From positions 81,778,001-81,842,000 of the forward strand of contig OX597822.1 in the NCBI GenBank assembly GCA_951406725.2: a stretch of DNA of 64,000 bases. The letters run 5' to 3'. Below the pieces are notes generated by a model that was not told where the DNA came from, did no database searches, and was given only the letters and a program-made list of their open reading frames with translations. Positions 1 to 13,125 of the stretch are shown piece by piece. Every line of letters begins with the position of its first letter. Within the stretch, counting starts at the first letter, position 1. The DNA comes from Octopus vulgaris. Lineage: Eukaryota. A program made the translations under genes and the position numbers.

Positions 1-112
1 GTATCTGTTTCAACACATGCTTTCACATCAGGAATTGTGCAACACAAATTGATAAATGTATTTATGCTAGCATGGAAAGTAGACATTAAATGATGATGAT
101 GATGATTTATAT

Positions 113-410
113 ATCATCGTCGTCGTTTAACGTCCACTTTCCATGCTGGCATAGGTTGGACAGTTTGACCGAGGACCAGCAAGCCAGAAGGCTGCTTCAA
201 TCTGATCTGGCAAGGTTTCTACAGCTGGATGCCCTTCCTAACGCCAACCACTCCGAGAATGTAGTGGATGCTTTTTACGTGCCACTGGCATAAGGGCCAG
301 TCAGGCAACACTGGCAACAACCACATTTGAATGGTGCTTTTTACATGCCACCGGCACGGGAGCTAGTCAGGTGGCACTGGCATTGACCACACTCAAATGG
401 TGCTTTTTAC
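113..410 (-). mobile_element. 5'-truncated RTE-LINE 3' UTR/tail copy (family R)
   Basis: The minus strand reads ...GTGGCACGTAAAAAGCA...GGTTGGCGTTAGGAAGGGCATCCAGCTGTAGAAAC...GCATGGAAAGTGGACGTTAAACGACGACGATGA. Related copies lie at about 1900-2080, 24268-24480, 34425-34740, 36325-36515, 40822-41310, 44765-45065, 53160-53308, 54370-54620 and 57935-58325. A tail-to-tail partner lies at 64-105. Confidence 0.8.
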
Positions 411-1269
411 ACACACACAAGGATAGGCATATTAAAAGGTGTCCATAGGGAAACCCATTTAAATAAAAGGGTTGGGAACCCCTGGTTTATATCGTGGTTT
501 ATAACAGAAGGTACCTGCCTAAGATGCTACAGAGTGGGACTCAACCTTGAGTCATGGTGGAAAGCAAACTTCTTATCACATATTCACACCTACATCTATT
601 CCAAACATAGAAATCTAAAAACAATCTCATATAAAAGAATAAGGAAAATGCTGGGAAGGATTTTCAAATCTCTGCTTAAATGAACAAGTGCATGGGTTAG
701 TGAGGTGTTTTCAAGCAGAGCATCTCATTTACTTCCATTGTCATCATCAGACCTGACTTCCTGAATTCTTTCTTTCTTCTTCTTCTTCTTCCTCCCCTTC
801 TTCCTCTTCTTCTTCTCTGAAAGGGAGTGCCCTGCCACATCAAAAACGGTAGAGGAATTGGGGCCGAAACCGGACATGGTTCCTCCTGATGATGTCTTTA
901 GGCACGGGATCCTATAAAGAAGCTGTGGAGGTAGTGAACCACAAAACGTGGTTGGAATTCCTTATATTTATGGTGCAACCAGAAATTTGATAACTGACAA
1001 TTATTCCAAAACAGATCTATAAAATGATTCTTAAATAGAAATAATACATTTCTAAATCTCTCAGAGAGATTTATACAGTAGTATAAAGTGGTGGTGTGCT
1101 GTCGACTTAATATGACAGTCCCATGAAAGGGAATAATACTACTGCTATTTAGCCCTAGGAAGCAGCACCGCTTCCTGTCAGCCTTGATACATTTCCTAAC
1201 CTTAACCTTAATCCTAACCCTTATGTTTACAAAGGGGGAGATAAGCACCTCCACCCATCTAAGCCAGCA

Positions 1270-1312
1270 TCCAGAGACTAGTTTCTGAGTCATTGCTCAT
1301 CATCGGTCTGGA
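1270..1312 (-). ncRNA. Minimal type I hammerhead ribozyme motif (PLE-type, U4C variant)
   Basis: Minus strand: TCCAGA-CCGATGA-TGAG caatga CTCA-GAAA-CTAG-TC-TCTGGA. This gives a 6-bp stem I, a 4-bp stem II, a palindromic CTAG stem III and a GUC cleavage triplet. The core differs from CUGANGA only at position 4. Confidence 0.7.
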
Positions 1313-1508
1313 GTAGCATGGCTTGCTAGCTGTTGATGTCTATCTACCTTTGTAAGCATATAATAAATTCTAGTGAAATACATTCAAAAACAAAACGATG
1401 CTTTTACATCATTTCAGTCTTTGCAGCTAAAAGCTTTCAAAGAAATAACTGCAGAGTTGTCCACATTACACATGTCCTGGGTATTCTGAATTATGCCGTG
1501 TTCTATAG

Positions 1509-1572
<64 letters not shown>

Positions 1573-2399
1573 TTCTTTTAAATGATTTTCATAAGTGTTA
1601 CCAAAGATACCGTTTTCACCAGACAACAAGGAGTCTCAGTCCGGTGCTCTAACAGATGTATTTATGAGTTAATTACATGGTTAACGGTCACAGATATGTT
1701 GTAAATGGCTGGATCACTTGCCAAAACAATAAAAGTAATTTATGTTCTGTAATGAATGCATTGGTATTGTACCATGAAAAGATGGATGTAAAATGATGAT
1801 GTTGATAATGTAGCTCTCACTAAAAACTTGTAGTCATGTGTTTCTGTTTGAAATTATCGTTATAAATATTATATTATTACTGTTATTATAAATCATTATC
1901 ATCATCATCATTTAACACCTGTTTTTCCATGCTGGCTTGGGTTAGATGGTTTGACAGGAGCTGGCAAGATGGAGAGCTGCACCAAGCTCTAATTGTCTGT
2001 TTTCACAAGGTTTTTATGGGTGGATGCCCTTCTTAATGTCAACCACTTCACAGAATGTATTGGGTGCTTTTTATGTTGGCACCAATAGAGAAGTGATTTG
2101 CTGAAAGGTGGATAAGTGTTGAGAACAGTTCAGGTGAATTGGTTTACTCTCAGCATATGCCATGTACAGAGAACACATTTTGCAGGGGCACTTGCTCTTG
2201 GTAGTATAACCCTTAATGTGAGTAGCTCCTTGATTGGTCCTTACACCCCCCCCCCCCCCCCCCGCCTTTTTTTTTACATGCCTTAGTTTTCTATGCTGGA
2301 TTCTTTTTATTAATGTAATTGATTCTGTGGAGACTCCCCAGTATTTATAAATTACTCTTGTAATACACCCCTTGTCTGTGATTTTGTGACAAAGTAATA

Positions 2400-2810
2400 C
2401 AATCATTATGATTAATATTTTATCTTGTACAACACAGCAACTGTGCTGGAGACTGTGACAAAGTATCCTCTATCTGTAATCACTGGACTGAGGGTTATAT
2501 TCTTCATTTAGATTTCAAGAATTCTGTGGATGGTTTGTGCAGTTCCAAGCAGCACTGTTCTCTGTAGATTGCTCTATTTTCACATTTACCTCTATCTTTT
2601 CAATCTAGTTTGTGACCTTCATACTTATTGTACCCAGAGCTCAAATAAAAACATATATATAACTCTCAACTTCTTCAACGAACCCAGTAATTTAATTTCC
2701 CATTTCAAATCATGTCTCACTTGTCTTCTCTTTCTCATACTCTGTCATCATCAGAACCTGCAATTTCTATGATTAAACAGGTTTTTCCTTCTTTATTCAT
2801 ATACATTTGA
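2400..2810 (-). mobile_element. Decayed 3' end of an R4/Dong- or NeSL-like non-LTR retrotransposon (restriction-like endonuclease C-terminus)
   Basis: Minus-strand translation with stops and frameshifts gives NKEGKTCLIIEIAGSDDDRV...DLKWEIKLL...ALGTIS...LQRTVLLGTAQTIHRILEI*. This matches the IDVAxP / KYxxL / GALG / LQKxxLLGTAxILRxVL pattern. Confidence 0.65.
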
Positions 2811-2905
2811 ATTGATGTGATTGACTTCACACTCCCTTTAAAATTCCTGGCCTTGTGCTAAAAATTAGAATTATTTACATTTTTGATTATAGTTGTTTTT
2901 TTTTC

Positions 2906-2995
2906 TTTTACCTTTTTTTCTTTTACCTTTTTTTTCTTTTACCTTTTTTTCTTTTACCTTTTTTTCTTTTACCTTTTTTTTCTTTTATCTTTCTT
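2906..2995. repeat. Pyrimidine-rich minisatellite, about (CCTTTTTTTCTTTTA)n x5
   Basis: Directly visible tandem units of 15-17 bp. Confidence 0.85.
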
Positions 2996-5862
2996 AGGTG
3001 TGTAGGTACATCTATTTATCCCTGTTAAAATTATCATCTAACTTTTAACTAACATGGAAAATCTGTTTTAGCAATATTTGGCAAGCCTCCCTCAAATTAC
3101 ACCCTACTGTCTTAAGAGAGGAGGCAGACACTTTAAACAATGTTGTCTTTGGTATACAATGTCCATGTAAAAACTCCTGGCTCTGTTCAGTCTTAGTTAA
3201 CCTGAGGATAAGCAACAAAAAGAACACCCTTTAATTCTGTAATATACACCCATGAGAGTGCAAATTTATTTTTTTACAACATTGTTAATTTCTATTATGT
3301 CCCACATACACATACTTGCATGCATAAATATGTATGTGTGTGTGTGTATATATATGTATGTACACACACACACACACAAGTATGTTTTTTCTAAATATAT
3401 AACAAACTAGGTCATTGTATGAAAAGCAAGGAAGTGCAGCTGGCAAGTTCTTGGATTTAATTTTTGATTCTTAGAAACGCCCACCAAAAACTTTCTTTTT
3501 CCTATGCCACCGCCATCATCATCATCAGCAGCAGCACCATGGTGGTGTTGCTGGTGGTGAAAAGACAGTAATTGATTGAGTGCCAAACTAAATTCTTGAC
3601 ACTACTTAGATTCTACCTCCAGCTGTATTTTAAGGTCTTACTGGGGTTTTAATTTTAATTTCCATCTGTCTCAGTATGAATATAGTAACATCTAGATTAA
3701 CATTTAATTAATTGACTAATATACACCAACCTTCTTGGAAATATGGGGGGGGGCTGTACTGTAAACTTGTAAGAGACTCAATCAGACAACAATTCCAAAG
3801 TCGTAAGGAACTGACAAAAAGTAAAGTTGTCTTCCCTTCTGAGACCCCTTCATAAGTGAAGCCATGATCAGCATCCATTTGGCTGGACAAGCAAGATTAC
3901 CTAAGACTATATTATCCAATGCATCTTTACTCGTTTAGTTTTTAGGGTGTGAAAGTATCTACACATTTAAGTCTGAGGCATATCTAAGAGATTAATTGAT
4001 AAATTCTTTAACAAAATAGCTTTGAAATATGAAAACTTTGATACGATTAGACTGTTATGAATGCGAAATATTTATATCTGGAGTTTTAGGCTTCTGTAAG
4101 AAATTGTTAGATAGACTCTAGTCATGCTACTCCTCTCTGGCCAAAAACCCGTTCTGCTCTGGCCCTTTTCTCTCATACTTCTCACTCACTCCTTATTTTA
4201 TGATCTTTAAGTTCCCACCCCTCACTCAGCGTGTGTCATCTTTCAAGTTGCATGGCAACCACACTGGTGCTGGTGGCATGAAAAGAAACACTCAGTACAC
4301 ACTGCAAAGTGGTTGGCATTATGGAAGACATCCAGTTGTAAAAACCATGCCAAACAGACAGTAGATGACAATGCAGTCCTTGGACCCACTGGATCCAGAA
4401 ACCAGCCAACCCATACCAGCATGAGACATGGATGGTAAATGATGATGGTCGTGGTGGTGGTGGTGGTGGTGGTGGTAGTTATAATGGCTTTGTAAGAATT
4501 TATTTTATATACTTTTTATTATGAATGATATCAGTGTTTAATATACTGCTATGAAGGCAAAAGGCTTCTGTTTAGCTTCAGGTCAGTCCTGACTGTGCAA
4601 ATCTATGATCAATAGAATTGCTACCATGATCATCCTGACATTTTGTCAGGAAACTATATTATCCAATGTGTCCTACTTTCTTGAAAATGATAGGATGTGA
4701 TCTGATAGTGAATTACTTAACTGCTATTTCTAGGAGATCAACCAGCTGCATAGTATCACCAACATTTGTTTGGAGGTTAACAGTTGAAATGTAAGAACCT
4801 GTGTTATGTAAATAATCATTAGATAGACTCCGTAATAATTTATTTTATTTAGTTTTAAAATACAAACTTTATGTGGAGCATATGTAAGGAATCCTTACAT
4901 AAACTTTTTAACAACTTTATTTTACACAGATTTAGTCATGTTCAGTTGTATGTGTCTAAAAGTAGATTATATGATAAATGAAAGTATTCAATTTCATTTT
5001 CTGTGAACATTCTTCAAGAAGTCAGCATTTGAGGGTGTTCTTGTGTTATATTACATTTTAACCAAACCACCTACACACTGGAATCAGATGTATTGAATAA
5101 ACGATTTCTTAATAAGGCCATTGGATATTGTAAATTGTCAAGAGTTAAACTGTCTTTCGTGATATAGCTCTGTCCATCTTCAGTTTGAGTTCAAACCCTG
5201 CTGAAGTTAATTGTAGCTTTTCTCCTCGCTGGAGGTAAGCCAATTTAATCAACTGACTGATACTTTATTTTATTGACCTCAGAACAATTAATGGTTAAGT
5301 TCATCTGGGCAATAAAAATAACTGTAGAAATAACTATTGTAGTAACAATCTTGTTTTGTTGTTGTTGTAGCAGTTTGGAAGAAACAACAACAGAAATTGA
5401 AAAAAAATAATAATAATGATAACAATTGTGAGGAAAAAAATTATATAACTTTTCCAAGAAGTCATTACACTAAAGTTGCATTGTAACGCAATAAATATGT
5501 TTATCATGACAATTGTTTTTCATGAAGATCGCATTTCTAAATTGTTTAATGTTTAAACATTTCTGCTTTTCTATGCCAACCAGTGTTCAATCTTGTACAT
5601 CTACTTTGTAATTCTTTCATTACTACTTAGGCAAGTAGAGCTGAAAAGCTATGTTTTGCTAATGAGGCCAGAATATAACTAAACAGATCCAGAGTTATTT
5701 CCCATGCTTACCAAAGCAAAAAGTGCAGGCATGGCTATGTTGTTAAGAAGTTCACTTTGCAACCACCTGGTTTCAAGTTCAGTTACACTGCACTGCAACT
5801 TGGGCAAGTATCTGCTATAGCCCTAGGCCAACTAAAGTTTGTTAGATGGAAACTCTGGAATC

Positions 5863-5895
<33 letters not shown>

Positions 5896-6320
5896 GCTTG
5901 ACAATTGGTGTTGGTTTCTTTATGGCCTCATAACTTAGCATTTCAGTACGAACTGGAAGCAGTGCTACACACTCAGACAAGCAGTAATGTATCATGTATA
6001 GAGAGTTGAGTGTGATGGTGTTGACATATTTCGAAGCAGATGTGATTTAAGCTTCTCTTGAAATTGAATTCAACATAAGAAAAACCAACAAGTCATTTAT
6101 CAGTTTTTCAAAGCTGCCACTGCTTGCAGTAGTAAGCAGTAATATTACCCTGTGGTAGTCTGTTTATTGTTAAGTGCTTTAGTTTCTATTACAACTAGTT
6201 AGGAGGAATAACATGCAAACTGCTAACCTTTCTCTTTTTTTTCTTTTGCTGGCTGTCTAGCACCTTATTAATATAACTATCCTTCTTCTAAGTATAATAC
6301 TACATTAGAAATTCCAGGAG

Positions 6321-6373
<53 letters not shown>

Positions 6374-6736
6374 AGACCAAAGTGTACGTACGCCGCTATG
6401 TATATAAAATACAAAATGGGACAACAAAACATCCAGATAGACGATACAAAGAAAACAAGGATGGGTCATTCAGAGTTTTCTTTCTTCAGTCGAGTACCAG
6501 ATTATCTTCGCAATTTCGGCTGATTATACTCAAGATTGCTTCAATCTGGCCAGTCCCAAGGAAAAACTAAGCTAAGAGCATTATATTCCTTGGAAGAAAG
6601 CAGCAGATGCATACAAAAACAAGGACGAAAAAAACAATGTTACACAAATACAATAAAAATAATAATAACAGGATGTAACAACAGGTGTCCTTCCACGAAT
6701 TAAATTAAGCTGACATGTGAGGAAATGAAGCCTTAT

Positions 6737-6928
6737 ATCTCCAGCTGGCTATACGACACGATCTATGTCCTTACATTTTCGAACAAGGGTATCTAGCATC
6801 TCTGCTCAGCTCAAAATAATATCTGTATATCACGATTTCTGGGTATTGTTTTGAGCTGAGTGGGGATGCTAGATTACCTTGTTCAAAAATATAAGGACAC
6901 AGATTGTGTCATATAGCCAACTGGAGAT
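6737..6928. mobile_element. Foldback/MITE-like near-perfect palindrome
   Basis: The left arm ATCTCCAGCTGGCTATACGACAC...GCTCAGCTCAAAATAATA is the reverse complement of the right arm TATTGTTTTGAGCTGAG...GTGTCATATAGCCAACTGGAGAT. Arms are about 85 bp with a spacer of about 20 bp. Confidence 0.75.
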
Positions 6929-7512
6929 GATATTTCCTAGGGTTAAATTACAGTAGCATTAGTCCTAAATCAGGACTGCCATGTTATGTTGGCAAGCAAT
7001 CTTTACTACAAAGTACTGTTGCTGAATATCTCATGTTATGAGATTTAAAAATAGTAATTTTCTAAGAAAGGATTTTGCTGTAAAAAATATAAAAATAATA
7101 ATAATAAAATGATAGTGTTTAGTGTGTATAAGTAACAAGAATTGGAAGAGTGATGACGGTGGTGACAGCAGTGTCAAAAACCTGAGACTGTAATGTGAAT
7201 TCAATACCCATTCAAACCATTTCAGTTCACTTACTCCTTGTTCCTGTAATTTCTGGTTGCAGTCAATCACTTGGAGAAAGAAGACTTGTTCACAATTCTT
7301 GAAGGGAAGTTAAAACTTCCATTGGGGTCCTAACAACCTTAAATAATGATTTCTAACTTTGTGCAAATTCAAAAATTCTCTCAAGGTAAAGAGTGCATTT
7401 AATTGGATAATCCCAGTTTTTTTGTTTTGTTTTTTTAGTTACTACTTATTTCATTGAGCCTGGAAGGATAAGAAAATTGGAAAAGGTTATAACAAAATGC
7501 AAGACCTTTAGT

Positions 7513-7742
7513 TTAACCCTTTCGTTACCAACCCAGCAGAAACTGCTTCTGGCTCTGTAGTACAAATGTCTTGTTTTCATAAGTTTTGAATAAAAATCTT
7601 CCACCAAACCTTAGTTACATTTATGTTCCTAACACTAGCTTAATGATAACTAAGTTATTGTACTAAATTCTTTGTTATATTTAAAATTAATTGAAAGAAA
7701 CACAGAACATCTCAACAGAAATATAGTAAGAAAAAGGGTTAA
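7513..7742 (+). mobile_element. piggyBac-type MITE, copy 1
   Basis: TTAA|CCCTTTCGTTAC...GTAAGAAAAAGGG|TTAA: TTAA target duplication and CCC/GGG termini. Near-identical copies at 7766-7987 and 39314-39541. Confidence 0.85.
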
Positions 7743-7765
7743 AATATATAATAGAGAAACAATTC

Positions 7766-7987
7766 TTAACCCTTTCGATACCCACCCAATTGTAACTGGC
7801 TTTGGCTCTGAGTACAAATGTCTTGTTTTCAAAAGTTCTGAATTAAAATCTTCCACCAAACCGTAGTCACAATTTATATTCCTAACACTAGCTTAATAAG
7901 TTATTTTACTAAATTCTTTGTTATATTTAAAGTAATTGAAAGATAACATGGAGCATCTCAAAATAAATACAGTAATGAAAGGGTTAA
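7766..7987 (+). mobile_element. piggyBac-type MITE, copy 2
   Basis: TTAA|CCCTTTCGATAC...GTAATGAAAGGG|TTAA, with the same internal sequence as copy 1, 23 bp downstream of it. Confidence 0.85.
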
Positions 7988-8189
7988 TGCTTCAGACTCT
8001 GCCATTCTACCACCCTGGATATATCAATACTAATAATAATATATAACTGAGTTTATTCCAGATGAGTCATGGATAGTTGGGTTTATAAAGGGTTGAACGA
8101 CTGGCTGAAGGATCAGATGTTTTTTTTATCATTGTCACTGATAGTTATTGTTCTTAGTATTGTTATTTATCCTTAGCTGAGTCCTCAGT

Positions 8190-8552
8190 AAACCATCCTT
8201 CCATCCATATTCTTTGCCCTGGAAAGGTCATGGGAATAAAGTCCTCAGACTCTTCCACTGTAGGGTCCTATCAGCAGCAGCTGTCATGACACTTTCTGGC
8301 TGGATTCCCAAGCATGACCACCTAAGACTGTGGATATCATCCAACCATCTCATCCTTGGTCTGCCCTTAGATCTCCAGCTGGTTGGTTCAGCTTGAAGAA
8401 TCCATCTCGTGAGCCTTTCCTTCAACACTGATCACATGTCCATAGCACTAGAACTGTTGCCTCTCAATGTGGAGAAATAGTTTGTTTGACCTGGGGAGAC
8501 TCCTTGATCTCCAGGTTACCCATTCCGTCAAATAACATTACTCCAAAGATCC
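8190..8552 (-). mobile_element. Decayed RTE/RTE-X LINE ORF C-terminus
   Basis: Minus-strand translation gives RIFGVMLFD...IERQQF*CYGHVI...ERLTRWILQAEPTSWRSKGRPRMRWLDDI, matching the RTE WxGHV...R.RGRP..RW.D motif. Confidence 0.75.
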
Positions 8553-10384
8553 TATGCAATAAACCTATTAACGAAAATCATTCTAATCCTGATTACCCCA
8601 TTTGTGACATGATGATATGTAGGACAAGATAATTCAAAGAGTTCTTCCTTTTTGAAGATGATAAAGTGTGATTTGAAAGAGATTTGGCTGCTACTTCTAG
8701 CATGTTGAGCAACCACATACAGATTTCTGCATTGGCTCATCTTACCACTGTTGTGGTGTGCTGTTAATCTAGTGACTCAGTTCACTTGGTTGTAAATGGA
8801 TACCAATATTTTTGTTTTTGCAACTGTTGTCCCTATTCTGCCTGTTTTTGCCATTTCCTGTCTTCATTATTCATTCCATCTTTTCCCCCGCTTTTGTTTT
8901 CTTCTTTTGTCTTCTTCCCATCCTTCTTTTACCATCTTTTAGTCAAAGTATCCTTTGTCACCTTCTTTTCCTTTCCTCATCCCTTCTTCTTCTTCTTCTT
9001 ATTATTATTATTTTTACCCCCACACATCAACAGTTAGCATCCCCACCATTCATAACATTGTCAACACTGACTCCTGTCAGTCTGGAAAGTTCTGTATCAG
9101 TATAAAATATACACTCTGAAATTCTTGACCATATTTATAGCATTTTTACATTAGAACATCATTCATTTTTCTCCCTTTTCTTCTCTCATGTCCACTAAAA
9201 AGAGTACAACAATGTATTCTAAAATTAGAACCCATTCTATTGGCTGTCTCTTACTAGAAATAATTATGCAATTGTTTTCCTTTATACCACAAAACTACAA
9301 TTTAAAAATACAAAAAAAAAATGTATGAAAAAGAAAGCATTCAATGGGCGTTGGTTTGTTGGTTATTTCACATTCTTTCTATTAAGCATTGCTTTTGAGA
9401 AAATTGCCAAGTGTTTTAGCATTTTTCAATTCCAAGTCAATTAAATAACACCTTGACTCTTTTCTTGGGGATTTAACTATCAACTATTGTAGCTTTGTTT
9501 TCCAATGCATTTCATTATATTTGTAGCTCAGTGTTGCATGTAATGCAGTGCAACATGCTATTGGCCTTATCGATCAGCTAAATTAGCTCAGAGTAAAACA
9601 CATTATCTTTTATCATTTACCTGTTTTAGTCATTTGGCTGTGGCCATGCTGGAACACTGCTTTGAATTTTTTTTTTAAGCCTAGCAGTTATTCTCTTGGT
9701 CTCTTTTGCTGAACCACTAAGTTACAGGGGATTTAAACACACCAACACCATTTGTCAAGCTGTAGTGAGGAGCAGACACACACACAAGTGGCTTTTTACA
9801 ATTTTCATCTACCAAATCCACTTACAAGGCTTTGGCTACAGTAGAAGACATTTTCCCAAGGTGCCATGCAGTGGGACTGAACCCAGAACCATGTGGTTAG
9901 AAAGCAAGCTTCTTACCACACAATCACACCTGCGCCTATTAACTCATACTGTCTTGAGCTCACTGGCTCTTCATACTGACTTGAGCTCACTGGCTCTTCA
10001 TACTGATTTATCCTCATTGATTCTTCAGACTGGATTAACGTTTGGATTTTGCTTGCTGTCTCTTTCATTTGGCCTTTGTTTACTGGCTCTTTTATCTGGC
10101 TTTGAGCTTGCTGGCTCTCAGGTCAATTTGTTGCCCTAAACCCTTGCTCAAACAAAACAGGGAAGAAAAGAAATAGAATTTATATAAAAAATGAAAAAAG
10201 GCATTGGAGGGGCAATGCATACCTTGCGTGCAGATAAATATTTTTCGCAAATTATAGTGAGGCTTACAGTGTATTACTTACCCGTGCTTTTTAATTAAAC
10301 TGAATTAAGTTTTGTAAGTGTTTGACTAAAAGTGGATTAGAAGCCTAAGTAGATGACAGCTAAAAGTAGACTTGATAAAATATT

Positions 10385-10592
10385 GTTTTCTACTCTAGGC
10401 ACAAGGCCTGAAATTTTTGGGGAGGGGGCCCATCGACTAGATTAACTCCAGTACACAACTGGTACTTAATTTATCAACCCCGAAAGGATGAAAGGCAAAG
10501 TCGACCTCAGCAGAATTTGAACTCAGAATGTAAAGACATGAAAAACCGCTAAGCATTTCGCCCGGCGTGCTAACGCTTCTGCCAGCTCGACA
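10385..10592 (-). mobile_element. tRNA-derived SINE family S2
   Basis: Minus strand: GAGCTGGCAGAAGCGTTAGCACGCCGGGCGAAATGCTTAGCG...GAGTTCAAATTC (B-box)...GACTTTGCCTTTCATCCTTTCGGGG core. Many other copies, e.g. 12580-12960, 14525-14735, 26050-26255, 60235-60425. Confidence 0.8.
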
Positions 10593-12159
10593 ACTTTAAA
10601 AAATTGACTTGATAAAATATTTCGTAGAAAATTGAGAAGTGTTTTCAATGTCTTACACTGATGGCAGGCAAATCAAACATACTGTAGGTCATTGCAGGAT
10701 ATAAATAATATGACCACTTACTTATTGGGAAATTTGTTTTTGTTTTTTTGTTTTTTTCTTAAGTATCACTATTATAGGTATTTATATCCTGGTGAAATTT
10801 TTTAAAAATCAACTCAAAAAGGAAACCTCAGATCTATCACTACACACACACACACACACACAAAGTCGCATATCTATGTATTTATGTATGTATATACCCA
10901 CACATGTCTATGTGTATAGGTACACCATGATCTATACACACGCAGATGAGGGTCAGTTGAAATGATATATATATATGTATGTATGTCTGTACTGTTCCAT
11001 GATATTATGGTCAACAAAAAAGTACTCCATCCAGTGAGAGATAAGTAATATTTGATAAACATAATACATGCTTTTATGTGTTAGTAATAGATTTTTGTGC
11101 TGAGAACATGCCAGAATGATGCATATCCTGCTTGCACATAAATTCTTTTGCAAAAAATCTGCAGTCAAAACATTTTGATTCATCCGTCCTCCAGTTTTGA
11201 AGATAATCAAACCAAATGTTCATCATTTCGAGCCACTCACCCAATGAGTATTTCTGCCAAATTTGGTGAAAATCCATTCAGACGTTTTCCAGTAATTTTG
11301 CAAACACACAGACAAATACGAGTGACTACAATACTGTGCTTTTGCTTACGCACACAGAGTAAAAGTGTTAAAGGTATTATTTTACTTGCTTCGGTCATTG
11401 GAATGTGGTCATGCTGGAGCACCACCTTAAAGGTTTTTATTTTTTGTTGAAGAAAGTGACCCCAGGACTTATTCTTTGTAAGCCTAGTAATTATTCTATC
11501 GGCCTCTTTTGCTGAATTTATGGAGACATAAACACACCAACATCAGTTGTTAAGCAATGGTGGGAGGAACAAACAAAGACACATATACAATAGTCTTCTT
11601 TCAATTTCTGTCTACCAAATCCATGCACAAGTCTTTGGTTGGCCTAAGGCTACAATAGAAGACACTTGCCCAGTGTTCCTGGTGGTGGGACTGAATGCAG
11701 GACCATGTGATTTGGGCACAAACGTCTTTACTGTACAGTCACTGAAAATTTGCACATTCATCAAACTCTTTTTCTATCACAAGAAAAACAAACTTGATAC
11801 AGTATTTTTTCTAACAAAAAAAAGAAAGAAAGCTTTGGTGTATGGCTGTTTGTGTGCATATATACACACATATACACATAAAATGGCTCGATAACAGAGC
11901 AAGGTGTGGCCAGATAATATTTAGTCAACATGTTCTATTGCTATAAATCTAATCTTACACCAAAAACTTGAAGATATTTGGTGGGTTTGCTTAAACGTCA
12001 TCGTCCAACAGAATGTCTGATTATAAAGAATGTTTCTGAGGACAATGATCTGTTTTGTTACATCAATTTGTAACTCAGTCTTTCAGTAAAATATTTTACA
12101 TGGCATAATTCTCTCCTATTTCTTCACTCTTGCTGTTCCAGTCCAGCTCTGTAGTGGCT

Positions 12160-12525
12160 TTTGCTTTGATTTGATTTTTGATTTCACAAGTCTTGAAGAT
12201 CACCATTGCTCCGATCACCATTGATATCACTTTTACATTGCCCTCTCGCGTTCCATACAGTCTTGCCATTTCCACTTTCAATTCGGAGTACTTGATGATT
12301 TTTTTTAACCTCTTTACTCACAACATTCATGTCATTTGATATGGCTACATCAATGATCTGACAGTATTTGTCTCTCTTATTTAATTTGACAATATCCTGT
12401 CTGACAGTGTTCGATTACACGATCCGTCTGAAAATCATTGTCCCAGAATATCATTACTTCTCCACCCTCCTGCATAACTTTACTTGGTACATGTTCATAC
12501 CAGTTCTCTGTTACTCCATATTATT
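12160..12525 (-). mobile_element. Decayed restriction-like endonuclease domain of an R4/NeSL-type non-LTR retrotransposon
   Basis: Minus strand with two frameshifts gives NWYEHVPSKV...IFWDNDFQTDRVIEHC/RQDIVKLNKRDKYCQIIDVAISNDMNVVSKE/IIKYSELKVEMARLY...VISMVIGAM, matching the W-D-TD-RPDIV-IDVAxP-KYxxL-PIVIGA signature. Confidence 0.8.
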
Positions 12526-13125
12526 ATTTAGCAGGATCAATAGAATGTCAAACCAAATATTTGTTTTAATTTCTCCAGCTATTTAAATTCTGTGTTCAAA
12601 TCCCACCAAGGTCAACTTAATCTTTTGTCCCTTTCGAGTCAATAAAATAAAGTACCAGTTGAATAATAGGGTTGAAGGCCTCAACTAAACACCCTCCCAT
12701 CAAAATTACTGGCCTTATGCCCAGATGGAAACAATTATTCCTTTTTTTTGTTTTCATAATTTCAAGAGTGCTGGATAAAATGGGGTTTGGAGGTCAGTAG
12801 ATGGCATCAACACCAATGCTCAACTGGTACTTATTTTATTGATCCTGGAAGGATGAAAGGCAAAACCAACCTCAGCAGGATTTGAACTCAGAATGTAGAG
12901 TCGAAAAAAAAAGGCTGCTAAGTATCTATTCCAGTGTGCTCATGATTCTGCCAACCCACTACTTTTCTCTTAACATTTCCAGGAATTAGGTAAATACCAT
13001 TAGGGCATCCAGCCGTAGAAATCATGCCACATCAGATAACAGAAACCGTCCAACCCATGCCAGCATGGAAAACAGGTGTTAAATGATGATCAATATGTAA
13101 GTGGTTAGATAAGACTATTTTACCT

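Noticed and set aside
113-410. CRISPR-like repeat/spacer look of the GTGCCGGTGGCACGTAAAAAGCACC modules
   Set aside because: The context is eukaryotic, the spacers are homologous to one another, there are no cas genes, and the modules lie within a LINE 3' UTR.
851-905. GAGGAA...GGCCGAAACCGGAC...TTCCTC followed by CTGATGA
   Set aside because: There is no core 5' of the GAAA, and the downstream CTGATGA has no GAAA after its stem. At best this is a deleted relic.
6370-6735. Repeat-like segment with CTGAAGA and GCCGAAA on the minus strand
   Set aside because: The motifs are not in hammerhead order and the stems are not supported. I could not assign a family.
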